Assembly: GCF_001194135.2 (NCBI RefSeq)
Contig: NC_069000.1
Span: 47,060,130-47,124,129, forward strand
DNA from: Octopus bimaculoides
Lineage: Eukaryota
Length of the DNA stretch: 64,000 nucleotides
Reading direction: 5' to 3'
Shown here: positions 34,831 to 47,181 of the stretch, in pieces
How positions within the stretch are numbered: the stretch's first letter is position 1
Layout of the letters: every line of letters begins with the position of its first letter
Notes under the pieces: generated by a model
Seen by the model: only the letters and a program-made list of their open reading frames with translations
Databases searched by the model: none
Told to the model about the DNA's origin: nothing
Made by a program: the position numbers and the translations under genes

Positions 34831-37739
34831 GATACTGACAGAACAGCAACACACAGAAACAGATTGTCACAGAATCCACCAATCAGTCTCAATCTAAACT
34901 CATCTCAATTCGTTGTCATATAAAAAAATTTCTGCGAACCAATTCCAAAGTAGACTTGCCCACCTAGATTACAAACACCACCAACAACACCTTATAATCA
35001 ACACTAAAACAGAACAACCTCCCCATACCTGAAAGAAGGAGCATATGACATGACGAACATTATGAAACATTTGATTACCTCCAAGACAGAACTGCCTGCC
35101 AATGCGTGACCAAAAGAGCAAACATCAACAAGTGACACACACGTGATTAACCCTGAAATATGGCTGCCAGGTGATAATTGATGGCAGAGGCATCACCTGA
35201 TACCTGCCAAAGAACAGTGAACATCACATGACAACACAGCTAGTCATGTGATTAGCTCTAAAACAAAACTATTGGTCAATATGAGTGGACGTCTCAACAG
35301 CAACAAAGCTACCAGTTACAAGAGTCATCATCTGACCAATCCTATTGTTAAGCATGGAATCAATTAAAAGATGACCAACATTCCTAAATACCTGGAAAAA
35401 AAAAAGACCATTCCATTTCTATCTCAGACTCGTCAATATTTACTGATGTTAATTGCATGAAACCTTTAGGTATGACCAGACAATTCGGTCCATCAAAACA
35501 ATGTGTGTGTGGAGGGGGAGAGGGTTGGATGTGTGCAGATTTCAAGAATTAATTTTGTTGTCATTATTTAGGCTCAGAACTTTGATTCCAGATTTAAGCA
35601 TTTCAGCCATGACCATCCTGTTTATTTTAGGGGGTTATTTGCTTTTAGAAGTCACTAAAAGTAAATTATCTTTGTTCTTCATTTTAAGGTAGTAAATTGT
35701 GATTTGAGGGAAATTCGGCTGCTATATTTAACAGGTCGTGTGATCCTGTAGAGGTTCCTTTATTGGTTCCCCCACACATGGATGGTAACTATGATTTAGT
35801 CATGCATATAATGTTTATTCCATAACAGCACCAACAGTTATTTCTTCAGAACCAATTGGGAAAAATAATAAAATAGAAAATGATTTGGTTGCTTCATGTA
35901 AAAAAGAAAAAAAAATTCAGCTTTTAATTAAAGTGGATGGAGTTAAAATTCAGAATGTGAACAAGAAGGACGTTGGTCACTTGTATTTCTTGATTTTATA
36001 ATTGGGAACGTGTGATTCTTAACAGACTGAAGTCTACATAAATCTGCCTCTTCAAGTACATGGATGGAGATGAAGCTGGTTTATAGAATCAAAATAATAT
36101 CGAGTTTCATTTCTGGCCACCTTTGAAATGATTTTCTCTAAACGGCAGACATATTGTCTACAGGTTGGAAGTTGAGCAATTTATTACATATATATATAAT
36201 ATCATCATCATCATCATCATTTAGTGTCCGTTGTCCATGCTGGCATGGGTTGGACGGTTTGACCAGGGCTGGCAAGGCTGGAGGGCTGCACTAGACTCCA
36301 GTCTGATTTGGCAGGGTTTCTATGGCTGGATGCCCTTCCTAACACCAACCACTCCAAGAATGTAATGAGTGCTTTTACATGCCATTTGTGTGACACTGGT
36401 ATCTGCCATGACCATGATTTTACTTGGCTTGATGGGTCTTCTATATATACAGGGTTATTCAAAAAGAAAGAACAGATTTCAAATTTAATTTTAAACCAAA
36501 CGGTAAGAGACACAAAACACATTCTACATATTTCTTGATAGGAGAAGGTTTAAAGTTTATAGCTGAACATGATCAACTGAATTCAGCCTTCAATAAAGTA
36601 TTTTAAAGATGTAGATTTAGAAGCCAGTGTATGAAGACCCAGCCATAATACTCCATCAAACATACCAATTTTAAGTTGGAATCAAAATTCTTCACCATGA
36701 ACAACCATTTAGCAATTTCTCTCCAGGGGTTACAAAGAGGTAAAATTGTATTTTATGAAGTCTAGAAATAGATTCTTCAATGGAATTGGTCTGTCAGTGA
36801 GATTAAAGCTCCGTCTAATTAATCTTTACCATTCTTGTTAGATGTTATTTTAGAAAGAATTAATATAAGGAGGAGGAGGAGGGGGAAGCTGAGATTATTT
36901 TAATTAATAGCAAAACAAAAGAGGAAAAACAAAACAAAATAAGCAGTAAAAAGAGCATTAATAAATAAATTTAAACAAATAAAAAAGAAAAACAGGAGAA
37001 AAATGATGGAAACAAAAAAAAATGTTTGAAAAAACATAAAATGAGAAGAAAAACAAAAATTATTGTGGAATGTAGCAAATTGTTGAGAAGACCAAGCCCT
37101 ACACACACAGAGACATACACACACACACACACACATGTATGTATAGTGGAAGTGTTGATAGCATGACCACTGATAGTCAGGGGTACTGGTCAAAAACGGA
37201 AAAAAATTGAAAGTTGGGTTCAGTAAGCAGCTACTGTTTAAAGGACCCTGCCTGATGGGATCACAAAGACATAAAAAAAAGCCAAAAAAAAAAAGAACCA
37301 AAGAAGCTGGAATTACAAGAATGGTCAGACAAAATTAGCAGCATATGGGGTGGTGGTGGAGGGGAAGGGTAGACAGGTCGAACAATGCTACAATTAATTA
37401 GGAGGGGAGGGGATTGGGTGGAGGGTCTAACAATAACAATGGTTGTTAGTGGTGGTGGGGGAGGTGGGGGATCAGGTAGGTCTAAAAAAAGATAACAGTG
37501 GGTGGGGGAGTGGGAGTAGAAAAGTCTAACAAATATAGTGGTTGGGGTGGGGGGAGGGCGTGGTCAGAAAATAAAATATCAAATAGAAAAGAAAAAGAAA
37601 GTGTTGAATATGATGAAATGGTTAAATTGATCATTGCAACTGTGATGACTGATGGTGATGGTGATGACTGATGGTGATGACTGATGGTGATGATGATGAT
37701 GAGGATGAGGATGATGCCATGAACCAGCGGTGGTGGTCA

Positions 37740-37825
37740 TTAAACCCCATATGGATCTGTGACATTCTCAGCAACTGTATTGATTGGGTTAAACTGTAAA
37801 GGTAACAACCACAAACCAGGAGATT
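37740..37825 (-). CDS. ZDHHC3-like: ZDHHC terminal exon ([13 protein letters not shown]...DPYGV*)
   Basis: TTTTGTCTTTCAG acceptor, phase 1 matches the previous exon, WLLP motif, TAA. Confidence 0.9.
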
Positions 37826-38157
37826 CTGAAAGACAAAACAATAACAACAATAACAATAACAACAACAAGAATAATAACAACAATAATAACAACAATAACA
37901 ACAACAACAACAATAATAATAATAATAACAATAATAATAAAAATAATAATAATAATAATAACAATAACAACAGTAATAATAATAATTCTTTCTACTATAG
38001 GCAGAGGGCCTGAAATTTTGGGGGAGGGGGGTGTAGTCGTTTCCATTGATCCCAGTAATGTGACTGGTATTTTACTTTATCAACTTTGAAAGGATGAAAG
38101 GTGATGAACTGCCCCTAAGCATTTGGTCCAACATGCTAATAATTATGCCAGCTTGAC

Positions 38158-38221
<64 letters not shown>

Positions 38222-38268
38222 TAATAATAATGATAATAATGATAATAATGATAATAATGATAATAATG

Positions 38269-38307
<39 letters not shown>

Positions 38308-39656
38308 TGGAAACTTCATAGAGAAACAGTTTTGTTACCATGGTTGTTGGAATATCATAATACAGAATGCTGTCAACTAAATCCCTTCTGATGGTATTGG
38401 TCAGGTTGGGGCTAAAGTAAAAGACACTCAAAGTGATGTACAGTGGGATTGAACTCAAAACCACATGGTTGGGAACTAGGAGGAGACATAATGGCATTTT
38501 ATTTAGCAGCAGCCTCCTTAAAACTAGTCTGCTTTCACCATAGATTCCATAGTGTAGTAATTAGTAACGAGGAGGAGGAGGGGAGACGAAGGGTGAAGGC
38601 AGAAGGACCTGTTGTTAAAGGCACAGGAGGATCGTGGCGGCGGTGGTGGTGGCGGCGGCGGCGGTGGTGGTGGTGGTGGTAAAATGCAATATGGAGTAAA
38701 TCAGAGTCAGGGATTAGATTACAATGAGGAAGTGATTCTGCTGTAGATGGTAGCTTACAAAACAAACAACAAGATTACAGAGCTGCCAGCCAAGATGGAG
38801 CAGCACCACACACACACACACACACACACACACAGTGGTTTCTAACTTAAGCAGCAAGCCAGCTGTTATGAGGGAAGGCAGGGGTTAGTCAATACGACTG
38901 ACCCCAGGAACTAGACTGCTACTTTATTTTACTGACCCCAGAAGAATAAAAGGCAAAGGTAATACTGGTAGGATTTGAAATCAGAACATAAAATAGTGGA
39001 AAAATACCACAAAGCATTTATTCCGATGCTCGAATGGTTCAGCCAGAATGCCTTATACACACACTTTCATTAGCGTGTGTGTGTGTGTGTGTGTGTGTGA
39101 ATGTATGTATGTAGACAGACAGACAGATAGATTATGGAAAATGGAATGAATGACATTCTTCAGTTAAAAATCACTACAATTGTTTCGATACAATTTTACA
39201 CTTGTCATACATTGGTGAGATGTTGTGTAACTGTTATCATCTATCGAAGGTGTAAAATGCACCTCCTCAGGTGATTGTTTAAATAAGTCCTTCATTAGAT
39301 CCTACTATCATTTCATTCGACACAAGAATGCATAACCAAAGTGGTATGTCATTTTCAACAGTTTACAGATAAGCAACTGCAGTGATTTTAAATAAAGATA
39401 ATTCATTCCATTTCCTATCATTTATCTGTTCATATAAGTTCTACGGATACAATAGAATTCCTAATGTATATTCAGTAGCAGGGGCATTTCCATCATATAG
39501 TGGCATCAGGTAGCCAGTAACTGTGAACAAGCTTTGCATAGTATTATTCTACAAGGATTTTTTAAACAAATATATGTATATATATGTGTGTGTGTGTGTA
39601 TGTATATATGTATATTATGTATGTATATATACTAATGATAAAAATGTGCTGCTGCA

Positions 39657-39689
<33 letters not shown>

Positions 39690-42613
39690 TATGTATGTAT
39701 GTATATATGTATATAAATGATAACAATATTTTGGCGGAAACAGTATGTGTGTATGCATATAAATGAGTGTGTGTTTGTGTGTGTGTGTATTCACTAGTTT
39801 TACTTTGAAGTAGTTTAGCAAAATATTTAGACCAGGAATGGACTAAGAAAAGAAATTTCTGAACCATTTCACAAATACTGTCATTGCTCCAGTTGTTGCT
39901 GTTGTTGTAATTACTGTTGTTGTTGTAACAGCTTTAGAAAAGTACAGTGATTCAAAGTGGTTCCTGATGTTTTGGAAGGAACTGGGGCAGACACACCAAC
40001 ACCACTGCCACCATTATCATAAATACCACCCTCAATGAGTCACCATCTGATTGGCCAACATTCTAGAAATAGCAGCTAAATCCCCTTCAATTCCTATCTT
40101 TACTACATGATAAAGAAGAACTCTTTTTAGTTGTAGACGTTGGAATAAAAGATGCGATGTCCTGATCATAGGTCTACTGGATCAGGACTGACCTGGGGTT
40201 AAACAACAACACTGTACTAATATTGGTGTAGTTGTTGTTGGTGTTGTTAAGATATGTGTGTGAAGTGGGTGTAGTAGAGTGTGTGTTTATGAATATAAGT
40301 GTGTGTATGTGTACGTCTATATTGTATTAGTATGGAGGTATGTGTGTCTGTATGTGGGTAAGTGTATATGTTTTCACATATGTATGTGTGTGAGTGTATT
40401 TACATGTACGCGTGTATGTGTATGAAATTAAAAATGTTACCTCGACCAAAAACTTCCTGTAATAAATGATATTTCGACCTGGGGGGTCGTCTGTATTCTT
40501 CTTTTTTCACGTGTTCGACAGCAGTTTCATCATTGAATATAGAAGATACCTGGGTGGGAGAGAGAAAGAGAAAGAGAGAGAGAGGTTACTGGACATAGTT
40601 ATAGATATAGAAGATGTATGGGAAGGGAGGGAGGAGAGACAGAGAAAGAGGGAGAAGGAGAGAAAGAGCCAGAGAGAGAGAAAGAGAGAGAGAGGTAAGT
40701 GAATATCAGTACTTGACAGGTTATTTATCTTTAGCAAACCCCAAAGGACAACAAGCAAAGTTGACCTTGGCTAATCTAATCCTTTATATCTAGTTCACCA
40801 TTCCACCCCTTTTATTGGTCTGAGTCTATAGAACTGACCATTTAATATAATAACACAGCCGTCTGTGGTCACTTACCTGGTCACATCCAATAGCCAATAC
40901 AAACAGCCCAAACACTAAAGATTCAGCCACAAGGGCAACAGAATGTAATCTGGAAATTAATGAAACAGAATTAACGATGATAATAATAATAACAATAATA
41001 ATTTTTAACACAGGTACAAAGTCTGCAATTTTGAGGGGAGGGGGAATAGTCAATTATGGCTACCCCAATACATGACTGGTACTTTATTTTATCAACCCTG
41101 GAAACATGTCAGACAAAGCTGACCTTGGTAGGATTTGAAACTAGAATGTAGAATAAAGGAACAAATAGTGTTCAGCATTTTTTCTGAGGTTTCCATGATT
41201 TTGCTAATGCACCACCTTTGGGATTAGTAAAAGATAATCCTATATTACATTATGGTCACTTGCTAGAAATAGCAGTTACATCTTCCTCAAATTATTCCCT
41301 ACATTCTATAAAAAAAAGACAACAACAAACAACATTTTGAATTATATGAATTCAGAAAAAAATCGTTAAGAAATTAAGATGGCCACACTTGGAATATTGT
41401 TTGATGAAATATCTGCCAGATTAGATCTGACCTGGGGTTAAACAGCAACAAAGACCATTCCACACTACTGTAATAAAAAAGAAACAAAAACCTGGCACTC
41501 TGTTGGTTATGACGACAGGGATCCCAGTTGATCCAATCAAAAGAACAGCCTGCTTGTGAAATTAGTATGTAAGTGGCTGAGTATTCCAGAGACATGCATA
41601 TCCTTAATGTAGTTCTCAGGGAGATTCAGCATGATATAGAATGTGACAAGGCTGGCCCCTTTTTGAATTACAGGTGCAACTCATTTTTGCCAGGTGAGTG
41701 AACTGGCAGCGACGTGAAATAAAGTGTCTTTTGCAGGGACACAGTGTGCTGCCGGGAATTGAACTCACGGGCTTATGACCGTGAGTTGCATGCCTTCAGT
41801 TGTATTACAACACAACAAACATCACATCAATACTCTACCACACAACTGAAGAACATCACATCAGAGCCATACCACAACTCCACACCACCACCACCACCAC
41901 CATTACTGCAACATACCTCAATACACCCAACCCCCAACCCCCAACAACTCACCATACCATATCAACCCACATCACACCCCCAACAGAATATCTTGAGTTC
42001 ATAATCTGTTTTTACTTACAATTTTACATTCTTTAAATCTCTTTTGGAGACTGGATCTAAGACCCACGAGACCAGAACCATGGATATTGTAAAGACACAG
42101 GCCAAACCTGCAGAGAACAACACAAGAGATTTAGTTAATCAAAACACTGGAGCAGTGGGGGTCACATGTGGCTGGATTAGGACAGGAGAGGTTCAGAGGT
42201 CTTATCGAATATTGGTAAAGTGTTGGGGGGGGGGCTCTCTTAAAGATAAGAAGGGTACATGGTGTGGTATGTGAAGGGAGGGAGTGAAGAAGTAGGGGGT
42301 GAGGATCCCTTAGGGAGACATTAATGGAAGGAATAGAAGTTTGGAGAGTGAGGGTTGAGTGTAGGAAGAGGAATGGGGAATGGAATAATGGTTTCAAATT
42401 TTGCCACAAGGACAACCATTTTGGGGGAGAGGATGTGTCAATTACATCGACCCCAGTGTTCAACTGGTACTTGATTTATCAACCTCGAAAGGATGGAAGG
42501 TAAAGTCAACCTCGGCAAAATTTGAACTCAGAACATAGCAGCGGGCAAAACACCACAAAGCATTTAGCCCGGTATACTAACAAGTCTGCCAGCTCACCAC
42601 CTTGAGGGAAATG

Positions 42614-42647
<34 letters not shown>

Positions 42648-45600
42648 CCTTTCTACTATAGGCACAAGGCCTGAAATTTGGGGGAGTGGGATAATCGATT
42701 TCATCGACTCCCAATGTTTCACTGGTAGTTAATTTATCGACCCGGAAAGAATGAAAGGTAAAGTTGACCATGGTGGAATTTGAACTCAGAACATAGCGAT
42801 GAGTGAAATACTGCTAAGCATTTTGCCTGGCGTACTAACGATTCTGCCAGCTCACCACCTTAATAATAATAATAATAATAATAATAACAGCTGTGATGAT
42901 AATTTTTAGTGGTAGAAGGGAGAGTAAAGTGATACAGGTTGAAAGGAAGTAGAGACACAGTAGAGATATAGAGCAGACGTACAGTAGAGAAACAGTATAG
43001 ACGAAATAAAGACACCATTGCAAACAAATATTATAGAGACAGAGTAGAGATAGACAGACAGCCAGCAAGATAGAATGACATTTAGGTAGCTAAATAGATT
43101 AGACATATAGACAAAAGAGTTATGTAGCAAGAAACATAGGCTGTGTGGGTAGAGTTAAAATCCAAGCTGTGTGCTTTTAAAGCACATCTGCTTATTCTAG
43201 TATTACAATCCAGTTTGTAGTTGTTGAATGTGAGGTACACATATTAGAGATGAAAATCCAGGAAATAATAACAGGAAGTTGGAAACAGTTTTTTGGTACT
43301 GTTTGATTTTCTGTCTGAAGAATTTCTAATAGGAAATTTCTTACATGTCTATAAAACATGTAAACCTTTGTGATTCCTATTAGTAAATGAAACATGTGTA
43401 ATGGTGAATAAATAATACTGCACAAAATCTTAAAACTTCCTGTTTTGATAGAAAGACAATTAGTCAGACGCTTAGATAGATAGACAATTAGTAAGCAATA
43501 TAAATATTTTGACAGTAACATAGATAGACAGTTAACTAAAAAGATAGATACATATAGCTAGCTAAACAGACAGGTCGGCTGACTAACAGAGAGACAGTTG
43601 GCTATTAATATAGACACCTAGATAGCTAAACAGTTAATTAGACATCTCGATAGCCAGAGAGACAATTAGACCGAGCAAGAGAGTGTGGCCAGATGCAGAG
43701 TGAGGTACCTGGACATGTGGTCAGCATATTTTGTAGAGAGACAAACAGGCAGANNNNNNNNNNNNNNNNNNNNNNNNNNNNNNNNNNNNNNNNNNNNNNN
43801 NNNNNNNNNNNNNNNNNNNNNNNNNNNNNNNNNNNNNNNNNNNNNNNNNNNNNNNNNNNNNNNNNNNNNNNNNNNNNNNNNNNNNNNNNNNNNNNNNNNN
43901 NNNNNNNNNNNNNNNNNNNNNNNNNNNNNNNNNNNNNNNNNNNNNNNNNNNNNNNNNNNNNNNNNNNNNNNNNNNNNNNNNNNNNNNNNNNNNNNNNNNN
44001 NNNNNNNNNNNNNNNNNNNNNNNNNNNNNNNNNNNNNNNNNNNNNNNNNNNNNNNNNNNNNNNNNNNNNNNNNNNNNNNNNNNNNNNNNNNNNNNNNNNN
44101 NNNNNNNNNNNNNNNNNNNNNNNNNNNNNNNNNNNNNNNNNNNNNNNNNNNNNNNNNNNNNNNNNNNNNNNNNNNNNNNNNNNNNNNNNNNNNNNNNNNN
44201 NNNNATATATAGATAGATAGCTAGATAGATAAACATACATATGTGTATATGTATGTATCTATCTATCTACACACACTAAAACAAGAACTAGAACACAGAA
44301 TAATTCTCTTTAACTTAATCCATCTGGTTCTCATCTCTCTTTCATATAGAAACACACACACACAATGTTAAAGGACTCAGCAAACAACCAAAATATTGGC
44401 TGGAATTCCCCTCTTCCTGTCAGGTGTAAAACCCCAGGACCGGCTTCCCCACCCATTAGGGCTGGTGTGATGAACACGTCAGGACAGGCTGAGTAGATGT
44501 GCGGTGGAGGACGGGGGGGGGGTAGAAGAGCAAAATGGAGGCATCTCAGCCAGACCCCTAACAGGTACAAATTCTTTTGAGATGTTAAAGTGAGTGGAGT
44601 AGGGATATTGGCAGAGAGAGAGAGAGAGAGAGATGGAGAGAGCATCACACAGCTGTAGGGTATCCTCCTTATATCACTTGCACCACTACTACAACAGCTC
44701 CTGCTCCTCTCAAGTACCAAGTTGTGTAGCCTCTACATTCATGCCCTCCTCTTGTCATTCTTATTTAGTCTCACAGTCAAAGTCCCTCATTAAACACTTC
44801 TTCTAGAACATTCTGTTCCCACCATTGTCTATGTCAACTGCAGTTCAAGCATCCTCCAGTGCCCTCTGCTGGTCTATAAATATAATAGTTTTTTTTTCTT
44901 TAATTATGTTTTACTTTATTTTCATGCACCCCTCCCCCACTTAAAAAAACTCAGGTTTTGGATCTAGTTGAAAACCAATGGTTTATGTTCTTTCCAGTTA
45001 AACATCACCCCCCCCCACAACCTCCTTTCCTCCCCTCAGTCTGATGGGGAGAGGGGTGCATGTAGAAAGCCATGGGCAGTGTCCCTCTAATTTTGAATGT
45101 TGCTATAGTAACTGGGTGGTTGAGGCAGGAGGAAACAAAGTGCAAAGTCAATTTCAGGTGATATACTGACCAAGGACAGTGGTGGTCCATCCGTCGTATA
45201 CAGCGTTGACATACTCGGCAGTGATGTGCTCGGGGTGGACGGTAGGTTTCACACTTCATACAGACAGTCCAGCCGTTGTTCTGGATGGACAAAGCAGGGA
45301 AAGAAAGAGAGATAAACGAGAAGGTTAAGATAATGATGACAACAAGCAGTAAATGAGTTTGATGGATTGTTAATGAAAAAAAAAAAAAAATCACATGACA
45401 AGCTTTAAAAAGACAAAAAATAAGAAAAAAAAAGGAAAAACGTTATTTTAACGAAGCCAACACAATTAACAAACTAAAACACAGGCACCACCTAAAACAA
45501 AAAACACCTAAAAAAATCTGGAAAAAAAAAAATCAGTTTTGAAGGGAGGGGGAGAGAATTAAAATCTAATATTGCCAAAAAAAAAAATCAAAAAAGGATC

Positions 45601-45837
45601 TTCTGAAGAAATAAAGAAATAACAACATTCTTGAAATATTTATTTAATTTTGAAAAACAACAAACTTCATTAATGGTAAAACAAAAGCAAAAAGTGAATA
45701 ATAGCATTTCTAAGGAATTGAAAATCATCAACAACAACAACAATGACTATTAATTATGTTGATCCTGGATCCAATTAGCAACAATTCTATACCAAGAAAA
45801 TGAAAGATCTAAGAGATTCCATGGCATTTCAAAGAGA

Positions 45838-45871
<34 letters not shown>

Positions 45872-46718
45872 TATTAAACAAACAAACAAAAATACCATTT
45901 AAGAAATGACTAACTTTTATGAATTAAAGATTAAGAGCCAGGGCGACAACAATAACAACAACAGATTTGGAAAAAGAAAGAAGAATCATATTTAAGTCTT
46001 GTGGAACTAAAACACAAACAACGAAGACGGTTTGGAAACATTGGTCTATGAAGAAATCTTGTTAAATGGCTTAAAATGCAATGAAATAGTCAACAACAAC
46101 AGCAACAACAAGCTGTGGAAAGATAATGCTGAGAAATGGAGCAGTTTACAGGGTTGTATACCGAGCGACGCATTCTGCATGAAGAACTGACAGTAAAGTG
46201 GGGTCTAATGTTGTCAATGTTGAGTCAAGAAATATTTAATGAATTAAAATTATGCCTGGAATGATGAAAAAAAAACAAAAACTTACTAACTTTATGATTA
46301 ATTCTGGTAAAAAAGATAGGGGAGACAACCCTGGAATTAAGGGAAATAATGCTCGATTTTTATTTAGTTTTATTTCTTTATTAAAAGAAGCCTCATTTTT
46401 AAGAAGAACACATTATTATTATTATTATTATTATTAGCTTAGATTAAAAGGATGAGATGAAAATTTGTCATGATATAGTTATTCTTTTAATTTTCTTTTT
46501 TTAGAACTGGTCAACCCATGATAGATTTTGGAGACTAATCCACCTGAATGTTGGAATTAAAAAAAAAATGATATGGAAAAATGAGGCAGAAAGTATGTCA
46601 AACGTTTAAAAAAACTTACAATAAAGACAAACATTAAAAAAGCTGATAAAAAAATATTACAAACTTATATTAATGAAAAAAAAAAAAACTTACCGACTCC
46701 ATCAATTCCACAACTTTT
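37740..46718 (-). CDS. ZDHHC3-like: DHHC palmitoyltransferase, ZDHHC3/7-like (Dnz1-like), partial gene model
   Basis: Exons encode [34 protein letters not shown], the last two TM helices, DETAVE (TTxE-type motif) and VFG..PGLWLLP, collinear with invertebrate Dnz1/ZDHHC3-7 proteins. The N-terminus and one internal exon are not visible. Confidence 0.9.
37835..37987. repeat. (AAC/AAT)n microsatellite abutting the ZDHHC terminal exon acceptor
   Basis: Directly visible. Confidence 0.95.
39134..39417. mobile_element. TA-flanked MITE in the last ZDHHC intron
   Basis: Imperfect TIRs of about 45 bp: GGAAAATGGAATGAAT...AAAAATCACTACAATTG / CAACTGCAGTGATTTTA...ATTCATTCCATTTCC. Confidence 0.65.
40441..40549 (-). 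CDS. ZDHHC3-like: ZDHHC exon ([16 protein letters not shown]...LLQEVFGR)
   Basis: CTCCCACCCAG acceptor, GAG|GTAACA donor, 109 nt. Confidence 0.92.
40877..40949 (-). CDS. ZDHHC3-like: ZDHHC exon ([24 protein letters not shown])
   Basis: AATTTCCAG acceptor, CAG|GTAAGT donor, 73 nt. Confidence 0.92.
41490..41795 (-). mobile_element. SINE family D (tRNA-headed)
   Basis: Shares GTGGCTGAGTATTCCA.AGACA, GTGACAAGGCTGG, ACAGGT.CAACTCAT and GAACTCACG blocks with copies at about 25020-25315(+), 53040-53370(-) and 59690-59810(-). Confidence 0.7.
42020..42107 (-). CDS. ZDHHC3-like: ZDHHC exon ([28 protein letters not shown])
   Basis: TTCTCTGCAG acceptor, TT|GTAAGT donor, 88 nt, phase 1 to 2. Confidence 0.88.
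42388..42860 (-). mobile_element. SINE family A head-to-tail pair, ZDHHC intron
   Basis: Two copies separated by (AAT)n. Confidence 0.8.
43754..44205. other. Assembly gap, probably hiding a ZDHHC exon
   Basis: N-run inside the interval where the post-DHHC exon must lie. Other gaps (approximate): 2701-3357, 3927-4125, 13883-14361, 15759-15972, 16903-17061, 19828-19837, 20806-21625, 22394-22549, 51215-51478, 55320-55329, 60204-60341, 61128-61456. Confidence 0.9.
45171..45280 (-). CDS. ZDHHC3-like: ZDHHC DHHC-CRD exon (NNGWTVC...DHHCP)
   Basis: TGTCCATCCAG acceptor, TG|GTCAGT donor, 110 nt, intact DHHC motif. Confidence 0.95.
46694..46718 (-). CDS. ZDHHC3-like: Candidate 25-nt ZDHHC microexon (KVVELMES)
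   Basis: TTCTAGTTTCAG acceptor and TCG|GTAAGT donor; ends in phase 0 and reads in frame into the DHHC exon. Confidence 0.55.
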
Positions 46719-47039
46719 CTGAAACTAGAATTCCAATAGATTAACAACTCCAAGAATTCAAACTTATCTAAATTATTGTAGAGATATCCCATGATGCTTC
46801 ATTATCATCATCATCATTATTACCATCATCCTCATCACTGATGTTTGAATATGAGCTCTTCTTTGTCAATGTGGGTTGGATAGGTTTGCAATAGGTTTGT
46901 GTGTCTTGACATTAGATAAACATACCCTAACACACTTCAATGGGGGGAACCAAACTACTTCTTCCCCCCTCCTCATCTCTCTCTATCTACCTAGCAATCT
47001 ATGTATGTATATATATATATATATATATATATAATAGAA

Positions 47040-47112
47040 CTATGCTTATTTCTCCACATTGTTTTGAGTTAATCCAGGATTAACTCAAAACAATGTGAAC
47101 AAATAAGCATAG
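47040..47112. repeat. Near-perfect 73-nt palindrome
   Basis: 21-bp perfect stem (47055-47075 / 47077-47097) around a single A, then a 3-bp mismatch and a further 12-bp stem. Confidence 0.95.
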
Positions 47113-47171
47113 AATAATCGGGATGCAAAATGGTTAAACCACTTTGGATGGTATAAAGTGGTTTTTCTCAC

Positions 47172-47181
47172 CTGGATTTTT
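47172..47181 (-). CDS. Candidate 10-nt ZDHHC microexon (AAAAATCCAG)
   Basis: Branch-like CTTAC plus CCTTTCCTTTTATCTAG acceptor, CAG|GTGAGA donor; gives K-S-R in frame with the 25-nt exon. The same bases also form a plus-strand microexon-like signal. Confidence 0.3.

Noticed and set aside
43192-43330. Acceptor-like site at about 43315 as the missing ZDHHC exon
   Set aside because: None of the three frames encodes INNCVG or similar.
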